Shown: piece by piece, positions 33,655 through 47,100 of the stretch
How the letters are laid out: each line of letters opens with the position of its first letter
Numbering within the stretch: the stretch's first letter is position 1
NCBI GenBank assembly: GCA_963514005.1
Contig: OY740826.1
Location: 2,604,001 to 2,668,000, forward strand
DNA: 64,000 bases
DNA from: Raja brachyura
Taxonomy: Eukaryota
Direction of reading: 5' to 3'
Translations under genes and position numbers: made by a program
Notes under the pieces: model-generated
Database searches by the model: none
What the model saw: the letters and a program-made list of their open reading frames with translations, nothing else
What the model was told of the DNA's origin: nothing

Positions 33655-34896
33655 TGTCCGATCCCAGATATCCCGTCAGCTACCCGATCTCCCGGTCTGG
33701 AAGAGAAAGTTATTGCAGTAAAACTCCAGCAACCAATATACATTAAACAACATGGATGCAACGCTGGGGCTCTATGAGGCGCTGGTGAGGCCGCATTTGG
33801 AATATTGTGAGGAATTTTGAGCCCTGTATCTGATGAAGGATGTGTTGGCTCTGGAGAGGGTCCAGAGGAGGCTTACAAGAATGGTCCCAGGAATGAGTGT
33901 GTTTACATATGAGAGCGTTTGACTGCACTGGGTCTGTACTAGCTGGAGTTGAGGAAGAATGAGGAAGGACCGCATTGAATCTTACCGAATAGTGAAAGGC
34001 TTGGATAGAGTGGATGTGGATAGGACCTTTCCACTAATGGGAGAGGTCATAGCCTCAGAATTAGATTTTCTTTTAGGAAGGAGATGAGGAGGAATTTCTT
34101 TAGTTCTTGGTCTGTACTAGCTGGAGTTTAGAAGAATGAGGAAGGACCGCATTGAATCTTACCAAATAGTGAAAGGCTTGGATAGAGTGGATGTGGATAG
34201 GACTTTTCCACTAATGGGAGAGGTCATAGCCGTAGAATTAGATTTTCTTTTAGGAAGGAGATGAGGAGGAATTTCTTTAGTGAGAGGGTGGTGAATCTGT
34301 GAAATTCTTTGCCACAGAAGGCTGTGGCGGCCCAGGCAGTGGATATTGTTAAGGCAGAGATAGATAGATTATAAATTATACGGGTGTCAGGGGTTATGGG
34401 GAGAAGGCAGGAGAATGGGGTTAGGAGGGGTTAGGAGGGAGAGAGAGATAAGCCATGATTAAAAGGCAGAGTAGAATGGATGGGCTGAATGGCCTAATTC
34501 TGCTCCAATCCATGACCGTAAATATCACCAACACTGTTGGGTTGCATCACACTTTGGTTTTGGACCAACTCTGCCCAAGACCACAAGAGATTGCTGAGAG
34601 GTTAGTTTAGTTTAGAGTTACAGCACACAAACACGTTCCCACAGCCCACCGAATCCATGCCGACCAGTGATCACCCGTTCACACACTAGTTCTATGTTTC
34701 GTTTTTGAGATACAATGTGGAAACAGGCCCTTCGACCCACCCAGTCTGTGCCGACCAGCGATCCCCGCACACTAACACTGTCCTAACTAGGGACAATTTA
34801 CAATTTTGCCAAGCCAATAAAACCTACAAACCTGCACGTCATTGGAACGTGGGAGGAAACCAGAAAATACCCAAGCAGGTCAAGAGTTCAGATTCA

Positions 34897-35432
34897 CCGG
34901 CTTAATAATAGGAAAAAAACTCATCTTAAAATTCTGGAAAAATGCTCCTATACCTACATTAAATATGTGGATTTCAACTAGGTTTAAAACACTACATTTG
35001 GAAGATATGAGACTCCGCCTGGAAGGAAAATCAGAACGCTTCTATCAGACGTGGTCTGCATTTATAGAATTACTACAAAGATAGGGTGCAGGAGTACCTC
35101 GGGCGTTGGTAGGGGGGGATGAAAAACGATCGAGTTGGTGGATTCCTTTTGCGTGATATATATAACATAGTAACTGGCTTTTTTTTTTCTTTTTCCTTTT
35201 CTTTTTTTAGGGTCTATCTCTTAACCCCCTTTCTCTAATTCTTTGACCAAGGGTTTCTTCTCCCCTTTGGCACGCTCTTTCACTATCACAACTCTTTTCA
35301 CCTATTTCATTCTCTTTCTTTCTATTCTGTTTCTTTAACAGCCATAAAATGATGGGGTACAATGATTGTAACAATATATATGTGAAGTACATTGATGTAT
35401 TTACCTCTAATAAATAAAATACATTGTTAAAA
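34897..35432 (+). mobile_element. 5'-truncated L1 (second family) with 15-bp TSD
   Basis: GKKLILKFWK..PTLNMW..TLHLE..W aligns with the C-terminus of the ORF2 at 4688-8476. TSD aagagt(t/c)cagattca at 34882-34896 and 35433-35447. AATAAA and a short A tail. Confidence 0.9.
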
Positions 35433-36511
35433 AAGAGTCCAGATTCAAGAATGTTTTATTGTCACATGTCCCAGATAGTACAATGAGATTCTTACTTGCG
35501 GCAGCACAAAACAATCTGTAAATGGGCAAACTCCGTACAGGCAGCACCCAAAGTCAGGATCGAACCCGGGTCTCTGGCTCTGTGAGGTAGCAGCATTACC
35601 ACTGCTCCACCGTGCCGCCCCTAACGTGGATATCGCCCAGTCCATCACATAAAGCGGTCTCCCCATTCCACCCCCTGAAGGGCCTTTTAGAAAGCATTTT
35701 ATCAGGATGCATCGCAGCTTGCTTTGGGAACAGCTGGAGAATAGGGTTAGGAGGGAGAGATAGATCAGCCATGATTAAAAGGCGGAGTCGATTTGATGGC
35801 ATGAATGGCCTAATTCTGCTCCTATCACATGTCCGTAAATATCACCAACAGAATACGTTGCACCAACTACATTGAAGCCGTGGTCAATAAAGCAAACTGA
35901 TGTCTCATCTTGCTCAAAAAATGAAGGAAGTTCAGCATTTCTCCAGTGACTCACACCAACTTCTCCACATGAACTGTGAAAGAACACTGTTAGGTTGCAT
36001 CACACTTTGGTTTTGGACCAGCGCACCCAAGACCACAAGAGATTGCTAAGAGGTTAGTTTAGTTTAGAGGTACAGCACACAAACAGGTTCCCACGGCCAA
36101 CCGAGTCCATGCCGACCACTTCACACACTAGTTCTATGTTTAGTTTTTGAGATACAACACGGAAACTGGACCTTCAGCCCACTGAGTCCATGCCAACCAT
36201 CGATCACCCGTTCACACACTAGTTCTGTGTTTAGTCTAGAGATCCAACGTGGAAACAGGCCCTTTGACCCACCGGCCCCGCACACTAACACGATCCTACA
36301 CACGCTAGGGGTAATTTACAATTTTGCCAAGCCAATTAGCCTACAAACCTGCATATCACTGAAACTAGAAAATAAACAAGCAGGTCAAGTGTCCAGATTC
36401 AAGAATGTTTTATTGCCACATGTCCCAGATAGTACAATGAGATTCTTACTTGCGGCAGCACAAAACAATATGTAAACGGGCAAACTCCGTGCAGGCAGCA
36501 CCTGACGTCAG

Positions 36512-37608
36512 GAGGGTGAGTGTGTGGGGGAAGGGGTGTGTGGGGAGGGGGTTCTGGGGTTGTTTGGCTAGGGGGTGTCGAGTGGGTAGGGGCGGGCGTG
36601 TGTGTGGGAGTGGGGGGAGGGATGTGGGTGGTGGGGGGGAGGTGTGGGTGTGGGGAGAGGTGTGTGGTGGAGGCGGGTGTGGGGGGGGGGGGGGGGAGTG
36701 TGTGGTGTGGGGGAGGGGGAGTGTGGGGAGGGGGAGTGCGTGGGTGTGGGGGACGGGGGGTTGTGGGGAAGGTCGGTGTGTGGGGGTATGAGGGTGTGTG
36801 GGAGGGGGGTGAGGGTGGGGGATTTAGTGGAGGTGTGTGTAGGGGAGGGGGGTGGTGCATGGGAAGAGGGGTGTAGGGAAGGGGGGGGTGTAGGGGAGGG
36901 GGTCGTGCATGGGAAGAGGGGTGTAGGGAAGGGGGGGTTGTAGAGGAGGGGGGGTGTAGGGGAGGGGGGGTGTAGGGGAGGGGGGGTGTAGGGGAGGGGG
37001 TGTGTGGGGGTGGGGGGTGTAGGGGGGGTGTAGGGGGGTGTAGGGGAGGGGGTGGTGCATGGGAAGAGGGGTGTAGGGGAGGGGGGGTGTAGGGGAGGGT
37101 GTGTGTAGGGGAGGGTGTGTGTAGGGGAGGGGGGGATGTAGGGGAGGGGGGTGTAGGGGAGGGGGGTGTAGGGGAAGGGGGGTGTAGGGGAAGGGGGGTG
37201 TAGGGGAGGGGGTGTGTATGGGAAGAGGGGTGTAGGGGAGGGGGGTGTAGGGGAGGGGGGGTGTAGGGGAGGGGGTGTAGGGGAGGGGGGTGTAGCGGAG
37301 GGGGGCTGTGGGGGAGGGGGGTGAGGGTGCGGGATGTAGGGGTGGGGTGTGTAGGGGGGGGGGGCGTGGGAAGAGGGGTGTAGGGGAGGGGGTGTAGGGT
37401 GAGGGGTGTGTAGGGGAGGGGGGGGTGTGTAGGGGAGGGGGGTGTAGGGGAGGGGGGGTGTAGGGGAGGATGTGTTGGGGAGGGTGGGTGTAGGGGAGGG
37501 GGTGTGTTGGGGAGGGGGTGTGTTGGGGAGGGGGTGCGTTGGGGAGGGTGTAGGGGAGGGGGGGTGTAGGGGAGGAGGGGTGAAGGGGGAGGGGGGCGTG
37601 GGAGTGGG
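36512..37608. repeat. G-rich (GGGGTGTAGGGGAG)n-like satellite; shorter paralog at 39930-40228
   Basis: Dense G-runs on the + strand. The Pro-rich ORFs here are artefacts. Confidence 0.95.
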
Positions 37609-37616
37609 GTCCACAC

Positions 37617-37714
37617 CAACACTTCGCTGCTTCAGCTTTAATATCGGCGGCTTCTGGACGGTCGCCATCTGAACCGTTTTTGAGCAAATTTACAAACACC
37701 GCAGACCGGAAGTG
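37617..37714 (-). promoter_or_regulatory. Candidate promoter/first exon (ETS site and YY1-like motif); paralog at about 40235-40332
   Basis: ACCGGAAGTG (37705-37714), locally CpG-rich sequence, AGATGGCG at 37663-37670, possible donor GTGTGG. It lies 4 kb upstream of the leader exon. Confidence 0.45.
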
Positions 37715-39320
37715 ATCAAGATGAGAGTTTTAGTAACAGTATACATAGAAGATAGATTTTATCAGGATACATTGCAGCTTGCTTTAGGAACAGCTCCATC
37801 CAAGACCACAACAGGTCCTTCGGCCCACCATGTCCATGCCAGCCCTTTTTTCGACCCATCTATTGGTATAATTGCCATGTGTGCCAGAATTCAGTGTTTG
37901 CACGCAACCCAGGCAAGTCGTACTGCATAAGGTCATAAGTGATAGGAGCAGAATTAAGCCGTTCGGCCCATTAAGTCTGCTTCACCATTCAATCATGGCC
38001 GATCTATCTCTATCTCCTAACCCCATTCTCCTGCCTTCTCCCCATAACCTCTGACACCAGTACAAATCAAGAATCTATCCATCTCTGCCTTAAATAATCC
38101 ACTGACTTAGCCTCTACAGTCCACTGTGGCAAAGAATTCCACAGATTCACCACCTTCTGACTGAAGATATAATTCCTCATCTCCTTCCTAAAAGAACATC
38201 CTTTAATTCTGAGGCTGTAATCTCTAGTCCTAGACTCTCCCACTAGTGGAAACATCCTCTCCACATTCACTCTACCCAAGCCTTTCACTATTCTGTATGT
38301 TCCCCCCTCATTCTTCTAAACTCCAGTGAGTACAGACCCAGTACTATCAAACGCTCATCATATGAAAACCCACTCATTCCTGGGATCATTCATGTAAACC
38401 TCCTGTGGACCCTCTCCAGAGTCAGTCCATCCTTCCTCAGATATGGAGCAAAATTGCTCACAATATTGAGTACAATACATACTGAGAGTCATGGGAGAGG
38501 GAGACACAGAAATACTTTTCTGATCTTTCTGTCCTGGGCCTCCTTTACCATTAGAGTCAGGCCCAATGCAAATTGGGGAACAGCACCTCATATTTCGCTT
38601 AGGCAGCTTACATCGGTACGATTATCGCCTTCTTTAACTTCGTAGCCTTGCTTTCCCTCTTTCTCCATCCCTCCCCTTTCTTATTCTGCGACTAGTCCGA
38701 CCGTCCACTTGATTAAATCTTATCTGTTTGCTTCGTTGTCACCTTCTCCTAGCTAACAATGATCTATTCTACATTTTCATCCAACCTCATTCCCTTTGTC
38801 TTGTTTTCACACCTTCACTTCCTTATCTCTGTGTCCCCCCTCTTCCCCGAATCTCAGTCTGAAAAACGGTCTTGACCCAAAACATCACCCATTCCTTCTT
38901 TCCAATTCTCAGATTCGGGGACAGTTTCTTCCCAGCTGTTATCAGACAACTGAAGCATCCGACTACACCCAGAGAGCAGCGCTGAACTACTGTCTACCTT
39001 TTTGATGACCCTCGTGTCTATCTTCAGTGTGAACCAGCATCTGAAGTTACATTAATACACAAAGTATTTCAGTGATCAGACTCTGCACAAAGTCGCAACT
39101 CAGCTGAACTGGTGGTCGTTCGTGGGAACGAGCGACAGACACGGAATTACGTACCTGGGTTCTACCCGCTGGTCGAGTATCGACTGACAAACACTCAGGG
39201 GACCAGTGTCGTCATCCTCAGGGGCCGTCACTGTGTGGAGAACACGAATGTGTAGAGGAGTAGATTTGCATCTAGAAACGGAAATAAAATAAGGAAGTAT
39301 TCTTTTATCAGCAAACGGTT

Positions 39321-39928
39321 AAGTAAATAAGTAAGTAAGTTTATTGGCCAAGTATTCACGTACAAGGAATTTGCCTTGGTGCTCCGCCCACAAGTAACAA
39401 CATGACATACAGTGACAGTTATGAATGACTCAGAAAACACTAAACAATAATAATAATAATAATAAAACATTAATGATAAAACACCACTGATCAAGCATGA
39501 GAACCAACAAAATACCAGATCAAAGGGAGGCTACAGATTTTTGGCTGTTCAGTAGAGCAACTACTCGTGGATAAAAACTGTTTTTGTATCTGGCTGTGGC
39601 AGCTTTGACAGTCTGGAGTCGCCTTTCAGATGGAAGTGATTCAAAGAGTATGTGGCCAGGGTGAGAGGGGTCAGAGATGATTTTGTCCCCTCGCTTCCTG
39701 GCCCTTGCAGTGTACAGTTCATCAATGGAGGGAAGGTTGCAGCCAATAACCTTCTCAGCTGATCGGACGACTCGCTGCAGCCTCCAGGTGTCGTGCCTGG
39801 TGGCTGAGCCAAACCAGACCATGATGAAGAAGGTGAGAACAGACTCTACGATGGCCGTGTAGAACTGGACCATCATTGCAAGTGGCAGATTGTGGTTCCT
39901 CAGCTGCCGTAGGAAGTACATCCTCTGT
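39321..39928 (-). mobile_element. Rex1/Babar-like LINE 3' fragment
   Basis: QQRMYFLRQLR..FYTAIVESVLT..VWFG..DPSHPGH.LF..LPS.RR, with a (CTTA)n tail. Confidence 0.8.
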
Positions 39929-41070
39929 TGTGGGGTGGGGTGGGGAGGTGGGGTGTCTAGGGGAGGGGGATGATGTATGAGAGGAAGGTGTAGGGGAGGG
40001 GGGTGTAGGGGAGGGGGGTGTGGAGGAGGGGGTTGGGGGAGGGGTGTGTAGGGGTGGGGTGAGAAGGGGAGGGGGTGGTGTATGGGAAGGGGGGTGTAGG
40101 GAGGGGGGGTGTATGGGAGGGGAGTGTATGGGAGGGGAGTGTAGGGGAGGGGGCGTGTAGGGGAGGGGAGTGTAGGGGGGGGCGTGTAGGGGAGGGGGTG
40201 TAGGGGAGGGGGTGTAGGGGAGTGGGGTCCACAGACACACTCTGCTGCTTCAGCTTGATTCTCGGCGGCTTCTGGACGGGCGGCATCTGAACCGTTTTTG
40301 AGCAAATTTAAAAACAACGCAGAGCGGAAGTGGTCAAGATGAGAGTTTTAGTAATAGTATAGATAGAAGATAGATATTATCAGGATACATTGCAGCTTGC
40401 TTTGGGAACAGCTCCATCCAAGACCACAACAGGTTGTTCGGCCCACCACGTCCATGCCAGCCCTTTTATTGGCCCATCTATTGGTATGATTGTATAATTG
40501 CCATATGTACCAGAATTCAGTGTTTGTACGCAACCCAGGCAAGTCGTACTGTATAAGGTCATAAGTGATAGGAGCAGAATTAAGCCATTCGGCCCATCAA
40601 GTCTGCTTCACCATTCAATCATGGCTGATCTATCTCTATCTCCTTACCCCATTCTCCTGCCTTCTCCCCATAACCTCTGACACCAAAAACAAATCAAGAA
40701 TCTATCCGTCTCTGCCTTAAATAATCCACTGACTCAGCCTCTACAGTCCACTGTGGCAAAGAATTCCACAGATTCACCACCCTCTGACTGAAGATATCCT
40801 TCCTCATCTCCTTCCTAAAAGAACATTCTTTAATTCTGAGGCTGTAATCTCTAGTGCTAGACTATCCAACTAGTGGAAACATCTTCTCCACATTCACTCT
40901 ATCCAAGCCTTTCACTATTCTGTATGTTCCCCCCTCATTCTTCTAAACTCCAGCGAGTACAGACCCAGTGCTATCAAACGCTCATCATATGTTAACCCAC
41001 TCATTCCTGGGATCATTCATGTAAACCTCCTCTGGACCCTCGCCAGAGCCAGCACATCCTTCCTCAGATA

Positions 41071-41765
41071 CTGTGCACAGTTCCCTGAAGGTGGAATCTC
41101 ATGTGGATATGGTGGTAAAGGAAGCTTTTGGTGTGCTGGCCTTTATAAATCAGAGCATTGAGTATAGAAGTTGGGATGTAAAGTAAAAATTGCACAAGGC
41201 CAATTCTGGAGTATGGTGTACAATTTTGGTCACCAAATTATAGGAAAGATGTCAACAAAATAGAGAGAGTACAGAGGAGATTTACTAGAATGTTGCCTGC
41301 GTTTCAGCAACTAAGTTACAGAGAAAGGTTGAACAAGTTAGGTCTTTATTCTTTGGAGAGCAGAAGGTTAAGGGGGGACTTGATAGATGTCTTTAAAATG
41401 ATGAGAGGGATAGACAGAGTTGACGTGGATAAGCTTTTTCCATTGAGAGTAGGGAAGATTCAAACAAGAGGACATGATTTGAGAATTAAGGGACAGAAGT
41501 TTAGGGGTAACATGAGGGGAAACTTCTTTGCTCAGAGAGTGGTAACTGTGTGGAATGAGCTTCCAGTGGAAGTGGTGGAGGCAGGTTTGATTTTTATAAT
41601 TTAAAAATAAATTGGATAGGTATATGGACAGGAAAGGAAAGGTTATGGTCTGAGTGCAGGTAGATGGGACTTGGTGAGAGGAAGTGTTCGGCACGGACTA
41701 GAAGGGCCGAGATGGCCTGTTTCCGTGCTGTAATTGTTATATGGTTATATTGTCATATGGTTATA
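41071..41765 (+). mobile_element. CR1 3' fragment present in only one copy of the tandem duplication
   Basis: LSYRERLNKLGLYSLESRRLRGDLI and a (GTTATATG)n tail. Absent at the paralogous site near 38443. Confidence 0.85.
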
Positions 41766-42749
41766 TGGACCCAAATTTGCTCACATTATTGAGTACAATA
41801 CATACTGAGAGTCATGGGAGAGGGAGACACAGAAATACCTTTCTGTCCCGGGCCTCCTTCACTGTTGCAGTCGGACCCAACGCAAATTAGGGAACAGCAC
41901 CTCATATTTCGTTTGGGCAGCTTACATCGGTACGCTTATCGACTTCTCTAACTTCGTAGCCTTGCTTTCGCTGTTTCTCCATCCCTCCACTTACCTATTA
42001 TACGACCAGTCTGACCGTCCCCTTGATCAAATCATATCTCTGTTTGCTTCGTTGTCACCTTCTCCTAGCTAACAACGATCTATTCTACATTTTCATCCAA
42101 CCTCATTCCCTTTGTCTTGTTTTCACACCTTCACTTCCTTATCTCTGTGCCTCTCTCTCCCCTGACTCTCAGTCTGAAAAATGGTCTTGACCCAAAACAT
42201 CACCCATTCCTTCTCTCTGATTCTCAGATTCGGGGACAATTTCTTCCCAGCTGTTATCAGACAACTGAATCATCCGACTACACCCAGAGAGCAGCGCTGA
42301 ACTACTGTCTACCTTTTTGATGACCCTCGGACTATCCTTGATCAGACTTTGCTGGTTTTACCTTGCACTAAACGCTATTCCAAAATCTGTACACTGTAAA
42401 TGGAACAATTGTAATTATGTGTAGGATGGCGCTGAGTTACTCCAGCGCTTTGTGTCTATCTTCAGTGTAACCAGCATCTGCAGTTACATTAATACACAAA
42501 GTATTTCAGTGATCAGACTCTGCACAAAGTCGCAACTCAGCTGAATTGGTGGTCGTTTGTGGGAACGAGCGACCGACATGGAATTACGTTCCTGGGTTCT
42601 ACCCGCTGGTCGAGTGTCGACTGACAAACATTCAGGGGACCAGTGTCCTCATCCTCAGGGGCCATCACTGTGTGGAGAACACAAATGTGTAGATATGCAT
42701 CTGGAAACGGAAATAAAATAAGGAAGTATTCTTTTATCAGCAAACGGTT

Positions 42750-44003
42750 AAGTAAATAAGTAAGTAAGTAAGTTTATTGGCCAAGTATTCACGTACAAGG
42801 AATTTGCCTTGGTGCTCCGCCCACAAGTAACAACATGACATACAGTGACAGTTATGAATGACTCAGAAAACACTAAACAATAATAATAATAAAACATTAA
42901 TGATAAAATGCCAGGGTTACGTTTCTGATTTTCAAACCTGCAGTAAAACTCATTCAGGTCATTGGTCAGCTGATGATTGTCCAAGTTCTGAGTTCAGCAA
43001 TGAACCAAGGCTTGTTGTTGTTGAACCATGTCCGAATCTTAGTTTGAATGCAACTGTCCTCGGAAAAGCTGTCATAAGATGATGCAGTGTCCGTATACTC
43101 ATCGAGGCTTGTGGTTGCTTCCCTGAACACATTCCAATCCGTGCAGTCAAAGCAGGATTGTAGGTTCTCAATGCCCTCGCTTGTCCATCTTTTGGTTGTT
43201 CTGACCACAGGCTTAGCAGCTTTTAGTTTCTGCCTGTAGGTCGGAATAAGGTGAACAAGACAATGATCAGAGAGACCCAGACCCGCCCGGGGAATAGAGC
43301 TATATGCGTTCTTGATTGCCGTATAATACTGATCGAGTGTTCTCTCCCCTCTGGTGGGGCAGGCAACATGAAGTCTGTATTTTAGAAGGTCACGGCTGAG
43401 GGTAGCTTTGTTAAAGTCCCCAAAACAATAACCTTGGAGTCCGGGAAGTCACTCTCTACCCTCATTACCTGGTCAGCGAGTTGCGTTTGCGCCTCACGTA
43501 CGCAGGCTTGGGGGGGGAATGTAATCTCCAGCGAGAATAAAGGAATTAAATTCCCTCAGAGAGTAGAAGGGTTTGCAGTTTATTAAGAGGGATTCTAGGT
43601 TGAGAGAGCAGAAATTTGACAGTACCCTGATGTCGCTCCACCAGCCCTGGTTGGTATAGAAGCATATTCCACCGCCTCTTGATTTCCCCGCTGCCTCCAC
43701 TTCGCGGTCCGCTCTGTGAAGTTGGTAGCCAGCCTGTTGCAGCGCGCTGTCGGGGGTCAACTCACAAAGCCAGGTCTCGGTGAAACACAGGGCAGCAGCT
43801 GGAGAGAAGCCCTTGTTTGTCCGATGCGGGAGTTGCAGTTCGTCCACTTTGTTCTTGAGAGAACGTACGTTTGCCAGGAATATGCTGGGGAGTGGTGTGC
43901 GTGATCCTCGTCGCGGAGTCGATGAGTGCTCCAGAACGCTTCCCACGGGTCCTCCTCCATATCAAGACCTTGAATGCAACTACAGTCCCGCCGACGAGTA
44001 TGT
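42750..44003 (-). mobile_element. Internally deleted Rex1/Babar-like LINE (EN domain and 3' UTR)
   Basis: PLPSIFLANVRSLKNKVDEL..LCFTETWL..RGGGICFY and [13 protein letters not shown]. Same 3' tail as 39321-39480. Confidence 0.75.
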
Positions 44004-44102
44004 CATAGAAACATAGAAACATAGAAAATAGGTGCAGGAGTAGGCCATTCGGCCCTTCGAGCCTGCACCGCCATTCAATGTGATCATGGCTGATCATCCA
44101 AC

Positions 44103-47100
44103 TCAGTATCCCGTACCTGCCTTCTCTCCATACCCCCTGATCCCTTTAGCCACAAGTGCCACATCTAACGCCCTCTTAAATATAGCCAATGAACTGGCCT
44201 CAACTACCTTCTGTGGCAGAGAATTCCAGAGACTCACCACTCTCTGTGTAAAGAATGTTTTCCTCATTTCGGTCCTAAAGGAATTCCCCCTTATCCTTAG
44301 ACTGTGACCCCTTGTTCTGGACTCCCCCAACATCGGGAACAATCTTCCAGCATCTAGCTTGTCCAACCCCTTAAGAATTTTGTAGGTTTCTATAAGATCC
44401 CCCCTCAATCTTCTAAATTCCATCGAGTACAAACCGAGTCTATCCAATCTTTCCTCATATGAAAGTCCTGACATCCCAGGAATCAGTCTGGTGAATCTTC
44501 TCTGTACCCCCTCTATGGCAAGGATGTCTTTCCTCAGATTTGGAGACCAAAACTGTACGCAGTACTCCAGGTGTGGCCTCACCAAAACCCTGTACAACTG
44601 CAGTAGAACCTCCCTGCTCCTATACTCAAATCCTTTCGCTATGAATGCTAACATACCATTTGCTTTCTTCACTGCCTGCTGCACCTGCATGCCTACTTTC
44701 AATGACTGGTGTACCATGACACCCAGGTCTCGTTGCATCTCCCCCTTACCTAATCTGCCACCATTCAGATAATAGTCTACCCTCATGTTTTTGCCACCAA
44801 AGTGGATAACCTCACATTTATCCACATTGTACTGCATCTGCCATGCGTCTGCCCATTCACTCAGCCTATCCAAATCACCCTGCAGCCTCCAAGCATCCTC
44901 CTCACCCCTAACTATACCCCCCAGCTTGGTATCATCTGCAAATTTGGAGATGTTGCATTGAATTCCCTCGTCCAAATCATTAATATATATTGTAAATAGC
45001 TGGGGTCCCAGCACTGAGCCTTGCGGCACCCCACTAGTCACTGCCTGCCATTCTGAAAAGGACCCGTTTACTCCTACCCTTTGCCTCCTGTCTGCTAGCC
45101 AGTTCTCTATCCACATCAATACTGAACCCCCAATACCGTGTGCTTTAAGTTTGTATGCTAATCTCTTATGCGGGACCTTGTCGAAAGCCTTCTGAAAGTC
45201 TAGATATAACACATCCACTGGTTCTCCCTTATCCACTCTACTAGTTACATCCTCGAAAAATTCTATCAGATTTGTCAGACATGATTTACCTTTCGTAAAT
45301 CCATGCTGACTTTGTCCAATGATTTCACCACTTTCCAAATGCGCTGCTATCCCATCTTTAATAACTGACTCTAGCAGTTTCCCCACTACCGATGTTAGAC
45401 TAACTGGTCTGTAATTCCCCGCTTTCTCTCTCCCTCCTTTTTTAAAAAGTGGGGTTACATTAGCTACCCTCCAATCCTCAGGAACTACTCCAGAATCTAA
45501 GGAATTTTGAAAAATTATCACTAATGCATCCACTATTTCTGTGGCTACCTCCTTGAGTACTCTGGGATGCAGACTATCTGGCCCTGGGGATTTATCGGCC
45601 TTCAATCCGTTCAATTTACCCAACACCACCTCCCGGCTAACCTGGATTTCACTCAGTTCCTCCATCTTATTTGACCTCCGTTCAACTGCTATTTCCGGCA
45701 GATTATTTATGTCTTCCTTGGTGAAGACAGAACCAAAGTAGTTATTCAATGGTCTGCCATGTCCTTGTTCCCCATGATCAATTCACCTGTTTCTGACTGC
45801 AAGGGACCAACATTTGTTTTAACTAGTCTCTTTCTCTTTACATATCTATAAAAACCTTTGCAGTCAGTTTTTATGTTCCCTGCCAGTTTCCTTTCATAAT
45901 CTATTTTCCCTTTCCTAATTAAGCCCTTTGTCCTCCTCTGCTGGATTCTGAATTTCTCCCAGTCCTCCGGTAGGCTGCTTTTTCTGGCAAATTTGTATGC
46001 CTCATCTTTTGTTTTTATACTATCCCTGATTTCCCTTGTTATCCATGGATGCACCACCTTCCCCGATTTATTCTTTTGCCAAACTGGTATGAACAACTTT
46101 TGTACTTCATCCATGCAGTCTTTAAATACCTTCCATTGCACATCCACTGTCAACCCTTTAAGAATCACCTGCCAGTCTATCTTGGCCAATTCACATCTCA
46201 TACCTTCAAAGTTACCTTTGTTCAAGTTCAGAACCCTTGTTTCTGACTTAATTTTGTCACTCTCCATCCTAATGAAGAACTCAACCATATTATGGTCACT
46301 CTTGCCCAAGGGGCCACGCACAACAAGACTGCTAACTAACCCTTCCTCATTACTCAATACCCAGTCTAGAATAGCCTGCTCTCTCGTTGGTTCCTCCACA
46401 TGTTGGTTGAGAAAACTATCCCGCATACATTCCAGGAAATCCTCTTCCTCAGCACCCCTGCCAATTTGATTCACCCAATCTACATGCAGATTGAAGTCAC
46501 CCATTATAACCGTGTTACCCTTGTTGCACGCATTTCTAATTTCCTGTTTGATGCCATCCCCAACTCCAATACTACTGTTAGGTGGCCTGTACACAGTTCC
46601 CACTAGCGTTTTCTGCCCCTTAGAGTTTCGCAGCTCTACCCATATCGATTCCACATCCTCCACGCTAATGTCCTTCCTTTCTATTGCATTAATCTCCTCT
46701 CTCACCAGCAACGCTACCCCACCTCCTTTTCCTTTTCGTCTATCCCTCCTGAATATTGAATATCCCTGGATGTTCAGCTCCCACCCTTGGTCATCCTAGA
46801 GCCAAGTCTCCGTGATTCCAACTATAGCATAGTCATTAATCGCTATCTGCACCTTCAACTCATCCACCTTATTACGAATGCTCCTCGCATTGAGACACAA
46901 AGCCTTCAGGCTTGTTTTTACAACACTCTTACTCCTTATACAATTATGTTGACAAGTGGCCCCTTTCACATCGATCCCTATTACACTTGGCCATACTCTC
47001 CTATCCCTTTGTGAGCTTTCTTCCCCGTTAATTCTGGGGTCATTAACCATCGCTTTACTCTCTTTCCCTCTAACTCCGTCCTCGACTATCCCATTTGATA

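Noticed and set aside
15380-33696. Assigning the symbol MAG, CD22 or SIGLEC1
   Set aside because: Domain count and tail match none of them, and the sequence looks too divergent for the normally well-conserved MAG. Orthology needs phylogeny and synteny.
33930-34280. About 178-bp direct repeat as LTRs or a functional unit
   Set aside because: It is a simple tandem duplication inside a decayed CR1 fragment.
36399-37699. Long Pro/His/Thr-rich (extensin-like) ORFs
   Set aside because: These are translations of a G-rich satellite that is open in several frames because of low complexity.
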